From Marispirochaeta sp. (lineage in GTDB: Bacteria > Spirochaetota > Spirochaetia > JC444 > Marispirochaetaceae), in assembly GCA_963676835.2 (NCBI GenBank), contig CAXXFF010000001.1:384001-448000 (forward strand): a stretch of 64,000 nt of DNA, read 5' to 3'. The notes below the pieces were generated by a model. The model was not told the DNA's origin, ran no database searches, and saw only the letters and a program-made list of their open reading frames with translations. Shown here one piece after another: positions 46,474 to 55,359 of this stretch. How positions within the stretch are numbered: position 1 is the stretch's first letter; each line of letters begins with the position of its first letter. The position numbers and the translations under genes were made by a program.

Positions 46474-49400
46474 TCAGAAATCATCCATACGGGCTACCAG
46501 GTTAATGAAAAACACCTGGCCGTACTGGTAGGTAGTAGCCGATGTGAATCCACGTCCGGGAACATCATAGTAGCCGAACTGGAGGAACCTTCCCTGACGG
46601 ACCGTCGGAAAGTAGGTTGAATAGTTGTTGTCCGCCGAGTAGACCACGCCGTCGGTTACAGATGTTGGATCAGAGAGGTATACACCATAACGATAAACAT
46701 CCCCGGTGGTAGTATTGAAGATATTACTCAGATTGACGTCACTGTTGTAGAAGTAGGTCTCAAGATAGGTATTCCGCATAGGAGAATACCAGATGCTTTC
46801 CGAGGTGGATGCAGCTCTTGTCTTGATGGATTTGTTGGAACCGATGCCGGCACTCTCTCCCCGTCCAATCTGGGTAGGTGCTGTGCCGGATAGTCCCCAG
46901 CTGCTCCAGTTGATCTCAATCCTGTCCAGGAGAGAGCCGCCGTTGTAGCCCATGGCGATAAGTCCGCGGCCGTTGGCTGCGATATGCCTGGATTTAATAT
47001 CGTAAGTGGTATCACCGTAGGTGAATGTTGAGCCCGGGGTTACGATTACAGGATCACCGTAGATGATATTATTGGTTGAATAGCTTGAGTTGTTGATCAG
47101 ATCCTCAGGCAGCATGGTTACGGTGTAGGTCGGCATGGTTCCCGCCATATTGGCCTGACTCAGGATTCCGCCGGACCAGTAGGTATCTTCCAGAAGTTCC
47201 TTGATGTACTGGGCAATAAGAATATCCTTGGACTCGTTATCGTCATATACAACCGTAACATTTGAGCTGAAGCCCATAACGTTTGTGGCACTGTAGGGTC
47301 CATAACCGCCGGTGTCTGCATTATAGGCCCGGACGAAGAAGTAGCGGATCTCACCTTTGGGAATGGAAACCAGATGATAGCTTGTTGAGGTAGTGTAACC
47401 TTCGTAGGTAACACTGTCGCCGTTATTGGGATCCGCATTCGGGTCTGTGGTGGAATAGGTATAATACCTGGTGGTATTGGCACCTGCATCTTCAGTAACA
47501 TCCGAAGAATAGACCCTGCTGTAACCGCTGGAGTAGTAGCTCTTGTCAGCATACTGGGGTACCGGAACCTGAAGATAGATTGAGTCTGACAGATAGGCGT
47601 AGTTTCCCGCTTCATCATATACCGTTGTATAGGTGTACTTGGTACCAGGGCTTATAGAGAACTGGAAATCAGAGTCCATAAGTGCAGCATAGGTGCGGTA
47701 ATCACTCCAGCCGCCTCCGCCGGTGCTGTAATAGTCGTAGGTACTTACCTGCAGATTTGTGACACTGGTCAGGTTATCACTTACGTTGAGGTTGAGCTTG
47801 TAGGAGAGTGACGGAGTATAGGTTGCGCCGTTATTGACTGAATAGGTTCCTGTTGGTGCAGTTGTATCAAGTATGATTGAATCATTCCGGTAGGACGATC
47901 CGTTCCCTGCTTCATCTACAAGCTGAGCATAGACATACTTGGTTCCGTCACCGTTGTCGTATTTCAGTTCCGTGGAAATAGTCATGGTACCGTCGGTTTC
48001 AAAGGGTGAGCCGTAGGTTTCGTAAGCGGAAGCCGGGTTGTAATCCAGATAGCGCAGGGTTACATCTTCATTCTCGGCACTGATATCTCCGGTAATATCA
48101 ACGTATACGCTTGTGTTATTGGTATGGGAGTTATCTGTATCCAGAGCAAAGTTTGACGGATCCCTTATCAGCACACTGGTAAGAACCGGAGCGATTGTAT
48201 CGACAGTTATACGGTGGCTGGCAGTTGCAGACCAGTTACCAGCCTCATCACGCTCCTGTACTTCAAGCAGATAAGTGCCGTCTGCTTTATATGGTGTATA
48301 ACTTGTTCCGGTGCCGCTGTTCCAGCCTCCTCCGTCGATTCTGTACTGGAAAACTCCGTTTCCGCCGCCGCCGGAAGTCCAGCTCCAGGTTGGATAGTGA
48401 TCGTTGGTTGCGGTTCGATCAGAATCACCCGTGGTATTTCCCTCTCCGGAGAGATCCGGTCTTCCGGGGTCTGTTGTATCGATGGTGATGGTATGAGTTG
48501 CCTGCTTTTCTGTCTGCCAACCAAGGTTGTAGTACTCTTCAATTGTCAGAGAATGTACACCGTCTGAAGTATCGGCAAGGGTGAATACCGTTGGATCTCC
48601 CGGATCATTACTCAGGGAACTGTAAACAGTATCATACCAGGAATCACCGCCATTCCAGGAATAACGATACCTTTCTGCTATTCCGCCGGAGCCGGTGAGC
48701 ACATGCCATGTCATGGTCGCTACTGTCCGCAAAGCGGGATATACATCCCCGATAGAAATTTCAGGCGGAGATGTCTGAGATAAATCGATCAAGGTCTCAG
48801 AAGTCCCTGCAACAGACCAGTTATCGGCGGAATCCAACTCCTGGACCTCAAGCCTGTATGTAATCAGGTTATCGAGAGGATCATCAACTGTGGGTGTAAA
48901 GCTTAAAGAGCTTGTTTCTGTCCAGTCATATGCCGCAACAACCTGATCATCTGTAACATTATAGAGTCTGTACCGGTAGGTTCCGATACCGCCGCCTCCG
49001 CTTGACCAGTACCAGGTTGGCCGTACGTTGGGAGTAACTTCAGGTCCGGATACAGTCGGAGTTCCCGGGAGAGTTACATCACGGTACAGTGTCAGGTTGG
49101 CTTCCGACTGGTTACCGGCAGAATCAGCAACGGTAAGTGTTATTCCGTAGGTACCATCTGTGGTGGCGCTAACACTGGTAACAGGAAGATCTTCATTTGA
49201 GAAGCTTACGTTAGCCGGAGCAGTCCAGGTATAGGTCGCAATTCCCGTACCCCCGGTATCGGTAACAGTGCCATCGGGGCCGGCATCAAAGTCAATAGTT
49301 ATGGAAGGGGCAGCATAGTTGGCTGTGTATCCATAGTTATTCACAGTAATTACCGGTGGAATGGTATCTATGGTAACCGCCACCGGTGTTGCTTCGCTGT

Positions 49401-51705
49401 AGTTATCTGCATAGTCATAGGCTCGCAGATAGAGTGAATGGCTGCCGTCTGCCAGTGCGGTATTGGGCGAGTATTCAGCTACTGTTATGTCCACATATGT
49501 GGAGAAGTTATCAAAACTGACCCGGTAAAAATCGGCCCCGCCGGTTTCATCCCAGCTCCACAAAGGCTGTGCGTCTGTAGAGTAGCCCGGCTGTGACTGT
49601 TCCACCGTAAATCCTGTTATGGCATCCGGCGGGTTCTGATCCAGGGTAACCGACACAAGATCAGTTGCGGAGTTACCCGCCGGATCTGTTGCGGTTACGG
49701 TCAGGTAATAAGTACCTTCCGCGGTCATATAAACCCAGGGCTCTTCTATGGCGGTTCCGTTGTTCTGGGTAGTAGAACCAGAACTGAGGTTGAAGTAAAG
49801 ATCTCCGGGGCCGCTGATAAACGCCCAGCTGTATTCGGCTATACCATTAATCTCGGTAATCTCATAATAGTCTGATCCTGTGCCTCCCTGAAGCATTTGA
49901 AATTCATCGTTTTCCAGAAAATCATCTTCAGCAAAGGCAACTGCAGGATCTATTCTGTCGAGGATAATGGAGTCAGTACCGGGCTGAGCCGCGGCGTTTT
50001 CGAGGTAATCCCGAACCCAGATAGAAATAGTGTATGAATCATCGATATCGGGCAGTTCCCATTCGTCTATAGAGGGAACCCAGTCGATCCAGCCGGTGTC
50101 AGTTGTTCCATCGCTTACCCGCATCTCTTTCAGGCCCGTATGGGTATCTGCAGAAGTAAACTGCAAATTGATTTTCCGGGCGGTATCATTCAGATAATCA
50201 CCTTCAAGTATAGTTACCGTTGGATTGGCCGGAGCTTCACCGTCAAGAAAAACCTTTATCTGGCCTGCAGAAGGAGATTCATTTCCCGCGCTGTCAACAA
50301 ACTTGTAAAGGATAAATTTGGACCCTGCACTGGTTGAAACATTCCAGTCCCGCACAGGATCAGCCCCGGTGGGAAAGGCTTCCCAGGCGGCGTTGGATTC
50401 AAAAGCTTCTTCTGTTCCGTCACTGTCGCCCCAGAATTTCATTCCCCAGACTGTATTGTAGTCATCGGTAATATCAGAAAGATCCAGGCGTATGCGGTAA
50501 TCGTTGGTGGCTACAGCACCGGTGGGCAATGTTGTAACGATAGAGTTGACCGGGTCCCCATCAAGGGTGGACAGGGGAGTCAGGGAAATGGTTCCGGAAG
50601 GAGCTGTTGTATCGGTGGAATCTCCGGTATAAAAGTACCATACAGATTCATCGCCGCCGATGGGATTCCCGGATATATCTTCAACGCTGTTTCCGAGAAC
50701 AACCTTGTACTGGGTATTTGGCTCCAGTTCAAGCCCCCAGAGGTTTGCAGCGGAACCGGGCTTGTCATTAGCTTCGATAAGACTGATTACCCCGGGAATT
50801 TTAGATGAGTCTGATATTCGCTCTGCATAATAGTTGGTGGAATCAAAACTGGTGGAAGCCATCTCATCATCAAAGGTGATGGTCAGGGTTGTGCCGTTAT
50901 AGGGATAGGTATCTGTGTCGTCCCAGTTAACATCAATAACTGCAGGGGGCGTCAAGTCATATATGATTTCCGCAGTTCCCGGATCAGAAATTACTCCGTC
51001 AGAGTCCCGCACTTCGACTACATAGGATGCAGATTCACCGTTGGCAATACCGCTTATATCGAGGTCCTCAACACTTGCAAGCCCGTCGGTAAGGGTAGTC
51101 CACTCCGACCAGTCCACAGCAGCTTCCGCTTTATAGCGGTAATTGAGTCCTGCAGTATAGCTGTCGCTGTCTGTAGCGGAAATATCAAGGTCAACCAGGG
51201 TTGTGTTCGTCGCACTTTGCCCGCCATTCAGGCGTATGTACTTTATTACCGGTTTAATACTCGCAGGAGCCTCTTCCGTGGAAAAAGTCCATGAGTACTG
51301 GTCCACCAGGCTGTTGCCGTCCTCATCATGGATACCGGAGGTTGCGGTTATGGTAAAACTGGTTCCGTAGGCAAGGGCGGAACTGGGGTTAAAGGCAATG
51401 GTATCGTTACTCACTGAGAAACTGCCGGAAACTGTCTCGTCATCGGCGTTTTTTACAATAAAGCTTGAGCCGTTTACACTGGAAGACTTTATCGCTTTGG
51501 TAAAGGAGAGGAGAATATTATCTATGTCCACGGGAATGCTTGTATCACCGTCTTCGGGATACATTGAAACAATCGAAGGCGGTGTTACAACAATTTCCAC
51601 CTCCTCTTCGATTTTATTCACCAGATCATTGGGACATCCCGCAAAGAAGGCAATTACAACAACAGCAGTTAACAGCAGCGGACGATGCAGCATATTCCTT
51701 ACCAT
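46474..51705 (-). CDS. Very large (about 1740 aa) Ig-like repeat surface lipoprotein, possible adhesin (module 1 partner)
   Basis: MVRNM...FFAGC lipobox (ATG 51705, GGAG upstream), two SbsA/Big_5-type domains, many D.AGN...D..(A/P)P Ig repeats, and a Tyr/Ser/Thr-rich distal region. Confidence 0.85.
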   Translation of the reverse strand: MVRNMLHRPLLLTAVVVIAFFAGCPNDLVNKIEEEVEIVVTPPSIVSMYPEDGDTSIPVDIDNILLSFTKAIKSSSVNGSSFIVKNADDETVSGSFSVSNDTIAFNPSSALAYGTSFTITATSGIHDEDGNSLVDQYSWTFSTEEAPASIKPVIKYIRLNGGQSATNTTLVDLDISATDSDSYTAGLNYRYKAEAAVDWSEWTTLTDGLASVEDLDISGIANGESASYVVEVRDSDGVISDPGTAEIIYDLTPPAVIDVNWDDTDTYPYNGTTLTITFDDEMASTSFDSTNYYAERISDSSKIPGVISLIEANDKPGSAANLWGLELEPNTQYKVVLGNSVEDISGNPIGGDESVWYFYTGDSTDTTAPSGTISLTPLSTLDGDPVNSIVTTLPTGAVATNDYRIRLDLSDITDDYNTVWGMKFWGDSDGTEEAFESNAAWEAFPTGADPVRDWNVSTSAGSKFILYKFVDSAGNESPSAGQIKVFLDGEAPANPTVTILEGDYLNDTARKINLQFTSADTHTGLKEMRVSDGTTDTGWIDWVPSIDEWELPDIDDSYTISIWVRDYLENAAAQPGTDSIILDRIDPAVAFAEDDFLENDEFQMLQGGTGSDYYEITEINGIAEYSWAFISGPGDLYFNLSSGSTTQNNGTAIEEPWVYMTAEGTYYLTVTATDPAGNSATDLVSVTLDQNPPDAITGFTVEQSQPGYSTDAQPLWSWDETGGADFYRVSFDNFSTYVDITVAEYSPNTALADGSHSLYLRAYDYADNYSEATPVAVTIDTIPPVITVNNYGYTANYAAPSITIDFDAGPDGTVTDTGGTGIATYTWTAPANVSFSNEDLPVTSVSATTDGTYGITLTVADSAGNQSEANLTLYRDVTLPGTPTVSGPEVTPNVRPTWYWSSGGGGIGTYRYRLYNVTDDQVVAAYDWTETSSLSFTPTVDDPLDNLITYRLEVQELDSADNWSVAGTSETLIDLSQTSPPEISIGDVYPALRTVATMTWHVLTGSGGIAERYRYSWNGGDSWYDTVYSSLSNDPGDPTVFTLADTSDGVHSLTIEEYYNLGWQTEKQATHTITIDTTDPGRPDLSGEGNTTGDSDRTATNDHYPTWSWTSGGGGNGVFQYRIDGGGWNSGTGTSYTPYKADGTYLLEVQERDEAGNWSATASHRITVDTIAPVLTSVLIRDPSNFALDTDNSHTNNTSVYVDITGDISAENEDVTLRYLDYNPASAYETYGSPFETDGTMTISTELKYDNGDGTKYVYAQLVDEAGNGSSYRNDSIILDTTAPTGTYSVNNGATYTPSLSYKLNLNVSDNLTSVTNLQVSTYDYYSTGGGGWSDYRTYAALMDSDFQFSISPGTKYTYTTVYDEAGNYAYLSDSIYLQVPVPQYADKSYYSSGYSRVYSSDVTEDAGANTTRYYTYSTTDPNADPNNGDSVTYEGYTTSTSYHLVSIPKGEIRYFFVRAYNADTGGYGPYSATNVMGFSSNVTVVYDDNESKDILIAQYIKELLEDTYWSGGILSQANMAGTMPTYTVTMLPEDLINNSSYSTNNIIYGDPVIVTPGSTFTYGDTTYDIKSRHIAANGRGLIAMGYNGGSLLDRIEINWSSWGLSGTAPTQIGRGESAGIGSNKSIKTRAASTSESIWYSPMRNTYLETYFYNSDVNLSNIFNTTTGDVYRYGVYLSDPTSVTDGVVYSADNNYSTYFPTVRQGRFLQFGYYDVPGRGFTSATTYQYGQVFFINLVARMDDF

Positions 51706-51715
51706 CTCTTTCTCC

Positions 51716-53803
51716 CTACTCTTCAGACCAGAAGGTTGCGCCCTTGGCATCCGCTGCAGCGGCCCGGCCGACATAACTTGATTCGGGACTCAGGTAGGCA
51801 TATTCCGCTGCAAGGGCAGGTTCTATCTCTTTCAACTTGAAATAACTCTCTTCTGCTTCCTGGAAGCTCTCCAGTTCATACTGCGTCCGTGCCACCGAGG
51901 CGACTACAGCAGAATTGTGAGGGTCAATCTGTTCGGCCTTTTTGTAATACCTGAGTGCCCCGGGATGATCCTCATTCAGATAATAGATATTCCCCAGATT
52001 GACCAGGGGAGAAAGGTATGATGCATCCATCTGAATTGCACGGTTAAACTGGGTCTTTGCCTGATCATACAAACCGTAGCGGGCATAGAGCACACCAAAC
52101 TGATTCCGGATACGGGAGCTGTCGCCGCCGGAAGATATACGGTCCTGAAAAAGCTGTACCTTGGGCTGAATCTCCCGCTGTATAAACAGTTCCAGATTTT
52201 CTTCGTAATTTGTAAGGATAGTCTCTTTGGAAGGAAACACCAGTGAAAGGGCGGATCCGGGAATGGCCACCGGCTCATAGGTCTGCCATGCTTCATGAAC
52301 GGGATATATGGCGGCACTGTTCCGGGTGGTATTATCTCTCCACTCTTTGGCGCCGATCTTCCATGCCTTGAGAAAACCATCGGGTATCATGGTTATTTCC
52401 ACGGGAACCCAGGTGTTGTCATCCAGAAAAAGAAAATCATCGACATTGGAAAACAGATTCCTGGCCTGGGCCTCATTCATATCCAGAGAAAAGGCCATGA
52501 AGATATGCCCGGGGACGGTGATAAATGCCGTCGGGATTCCCACAGATTCAAGCAGACTGGAATAGAGGATGGAAAGATCATCACAGTCCCCTGCCCGGTA
52601 GGTCAAAGACTGAGCGGGAAACTGCAGGTAGTCGATAAACTGATCGTTCTTTATGGCCTCTACATAACTTGACTGAGGATCGATTACATAGTTCATGCCG
52701 TAAAGCCTGAGGGTCTCAAAGAGGCCCATGGCGATGCGGAAGTTCAGGTTGATGGGGTTGGTTCCCTGTTCCCGGATAATACCTGCTGTATTTTTGGCAA
52801 ACAGCAGCACCGTTGAATCCTTTGCATTAACAAACGAGGCCGCCTTGCGGTCATCATCCCACATCATGGAGTTACGATCATATATTCTCAAGGTATAGGG
52901 CGTAGTGGAGGAAAACCTTTCTCCCAGATAGGTGTATTCCGTTATGATACTGGCAGAAACCTTGGTACTTTCGGTGAGCTGCATTACGCTGTTGGTAAAA
53001 AGAGCCTTCAGAGCAACTTCTGCAGACTCTCCCCTCTTGAGAAGAGGAATTTCACCGCTCAGCTTGGGCTCTTCCATGTACTGGTTTACATTGAGATAAA
53101 CCTTAACATCGCTGATTGAACTGTTTTCACCGTTTACAATGTTAATGGTGCCCACAGCGTTATTATCGTAATAGCCGTAAAAAACCGGAAAAATGGGGTC
53201 GAACTCTATGTCCTTTACTTTGATACGGCTGCGGTTATCCCGGGTGTTCAGATGAAAGACTGTCCCCAGGGTAAAACGAGCTCCCTGATAGAGATCGGTA
53301 TAGGATCCATTTGCAGAATCATACCCGAGGTAGTAGCGGTATCCGCCTCCTGCGGTCAGGGTAAAACCGGGGGTAAAATCCCAGGACAGATAGAGATTAC
53401 CTCCACCATAGGGGTTGGAACTGATATCCGAGTCGGGGTACATACCGATGTACCAACCGAGCTCTCCACCCAGAGACAGGCCAAGGGCGTCCCCCGCTCT
53501 CAGGGTAAGACCGCTTTCAAGTCCGGCGGAAACAATCGACAGGGTTTCAGCCTGGGTGGGCAGAAAGCTGTAGCCTGCATTTCCGCCATAGTAGAAACTG
53601 GTCAGATCGGGAGGGGTGTATTGAAGATTGAGGGTTGCAGAACCGCCGGCAGTATAAAGGGCATCCTCGTTGAAGACAGCACTTTTAGAGCCCATGGGGA
53701 GTTCAAACCCGGGACGAATTATAATACTGACATTGTCTGACTGGGAAAAAAGAAGACCGGAAAAACCGGCGACAAGCAACAGGATAATGATATTCTTTTT
53801 CAT
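51716..53803 (-). CDS. Exported beta-barrel / Ig-like / transglutaminase-like / TPR protein (module 1)
   Basis: Full-length paralog of 44190-46253: GDCDDLSILY (C407), PGHIF (H433), WVPVEIT (E469) and TPRs. Confidence 0.8.
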   Translation of the reverse strand: MKKNIIILLLVAGFSGLLFSQSDNVSIIIRPGFELPMGSKSAVFNEDALYTAGGSATLNLQYTPPDLTSFYYGGNAGYSFLPTQAETLSIVSAGLESGLTLRAGDALGLSLGGELGWYIGMYPDSDISSNPYGGGNLYLSWDFTPGFTLTAGGGYRYYLGYDSANGSYTDLYQGARFTLGTVFHLNTRDNRSRIKVKDIEFDPIFPVFYGYYDNNAVGTINIVNGENSSISDVKVYLNVNQYMEEPKLSGEIPLLKRGESAEVALKALFTNSVMQLTESTKVSASIITEYTYLGERFSSTTPYTLRIYDRNSMMWDDDRKAASFVNAKDSTVLLFAKNTAGIIREQGTNPINLNFRIAMGLFETLRLYGMNYVIDPQSSYVEAIKNDQFIDYLQFPAQSLTYRAGDCDDLSILYSSLLESVGIPTAFITVPGHIFMAFSLDMNEAQARNLFSNVDDFLFLDDNTWVPVEITMIPDGFLKAWKIGAKEWRDNTTRNSAAIYPVHEAWQTYEPVAIPGSALSLVFPSKETILTNYEENLELFIQREIQPKVQLFQDRISSGGDSSRIRNQFGVLYARYGLYDQAKTQFNRAIQMDASYLSPLVNLGNIYYLNEDHPGALRYYKKAEQIDPHNSAVVASVARTQYELESFQEAEESYFKLKEIEPALAAEYAYLSPESSYVGRAAAADAKGATFWSEE

Positions 53804-54038
53804 ATGACTGCCCTCCCTGATTAATCAAGCATCTTTTTTAATCAGGAATAAACAATCAACTTTTGTGCATATGCTGCACATTTAGTGGTTAATTATGTGC
53901 CGCCTATGTAATAATATATCCCATTAAGGGAAAGCAGCCAATACGATAATAGAAAATTTGGATTACGGGACCAGACTTTTTTATTTTTCTCAGCTATATT
54001 TATTCTGATGAATCACTCTTTATTCGCCCGTTAAGTGT

Positions 54039-55013
54039 ATGCAGCTGAAGAATCAAAACTATATAAAGGTTCGCACCTCGAACCTCAAATACTACGACAC
54101 CATCGAGCTCTACTTTAAAAACCCCTACGGTAAAATTGTACTCTACAAGCCTGAGGGCATGAAGTTTACCGATGAGAGTCTGAGGGAAAAACCCTATCTT
54201 GGCGATCTCTACGTAAAGCCCGAGGATAAGATAAAAGCTCTTCAGGCTGCCCAGCGGGGATTCAGCAGCAACCTGGTTCACAGCATAGTAAAGGATGGGA
54301 CCCGCAAGGTTAAGGAAGAGCTGATCAATATAATTGATGAAACCCTGAATGAACCGAGAGCCGGCAGTCTTACCATTCTGCCGGAAACCATGGATTCTAT
54401 AATTGAGGGATACTCCAATCAGCCCAGTGTTATAAAGAACCTTGCCCGCATATCCCACAGCGACTATACAACGGCGATCCACTCAATAAATGTTATGGCC
54501 CTTACCGTGGGATACTGTTTCTACACCGGCCGCAGCAGGCAGGAAACCATGGAATTCGGCCTCGCCGCCCTCCTTCACGATCTGGGCAAAACAGAGATTC
54601 CCCGGGAGATTCTTACCTCTCCCCACAGTCTCAGTGATGTCGAGTTTAAGATTATGAAAAAACACCCCGAAATGGGTGCTGATCTTATCGAAAACCACGC
54701 ATCGGACCTTTCTCTGGTAATACCCGGAGCACGGGATCATCATGAAAAGCTTGACGGCAGCGGATATCCCAACGGAACCAAACAGATCTCTGAGCTAGGT
54801 CAGGTGCTGGGTATTATCGACTGTTATGAGGCCATTACCAACGACGACCGTCCCTACCGCAGTGCCATGGTACCTATTAATGCTCTTAAACTGCTGAAGG
54901 ACGAAGTTGACGCAGGACGTTTCAGCAGGGAAATATTTGAAAACTTCGCCTACAGCCTGACTGATTTCAACGGGGATACCTATTTCCGCAAACATTCCAT
55001 CATTACCCCCTGA
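54039..55013 (+). CDS. HD-GYP cyclic-dinucleotide phosphodiesterase
   Basis: HS.NV, LHDLGK, HHEKLDGSGYP and RPYR. Confidence 0.88.
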   Translation: MQLKNQNYIKVRTSNLKYYDTIELYFKNPYGKIVLYKPEGMKFTDESLREKPYLGDLYVKPEDKIKALQAAQRGFSSNLVHSIVKDGTRKVKEELINIIDETLNEPRAGSLTILPETMDSIIEGYSNQPSVIKNLARISHSDYTTAIHSINVMALTVGYCFYTGRSRQETMEFGLAALLHDLGKTEIPREILTSPHSLSDVEFKIMKKHPEMGADLIENHASDLSLVIPGARDHHEKLDGSGYPNGTKQISELGQVLGIIDCYEAITNDDRPYRSAMVPINALKLLKDEVDAGRFSREIFENFAYSLTDFNGDTYFRKHSIITP

Positions 55014-55071
55014 ATCAATCCCCGCATTCAGCTTGTAAAAAGAGTCTGCCTTCGGCATACTCCATACTGTT

Positions 55072-55359
55072 ATGAGTCTTAAAATTGCAGATCTTCTTGA
55101 AGAATTTGATATAGAACTGACGGACCTCAGGTGGTTTTTAAGCATAGAGCTTGCTGACCGGCTGCTGACCTATCATCAGGAACCCCTCGAACTTGCTGAG
55201 CTCATATGGAAGGGGTCCCTTGAATCCGATATGTATGACATGGAAGAAAAGTTTATCCGCGACAGCCAGGACCTTATAGACCGCGGGCTTCTTGACGAAG
55301 CCCGGATCCGGGAACAGCTTTCACAGGTAATCCGTTCCCGTCGCCTGAAAAAGCGTTAG
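55072..55359 (+). CDS. Hypothetical acidic protein
   Basis: 95-aa ORF filling the gap between genes; stop overlaps the convergent phosphomutase stop. Confidence 0.6.
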   Translation: MSLKIADLLEEFDIELTDLRWFLSIELADRLLTYHQEPLELAELIWKGSLESDMYDMEEKFIRDSQDLIDRGLLDEARIREQLSQVIRSRRLKKR

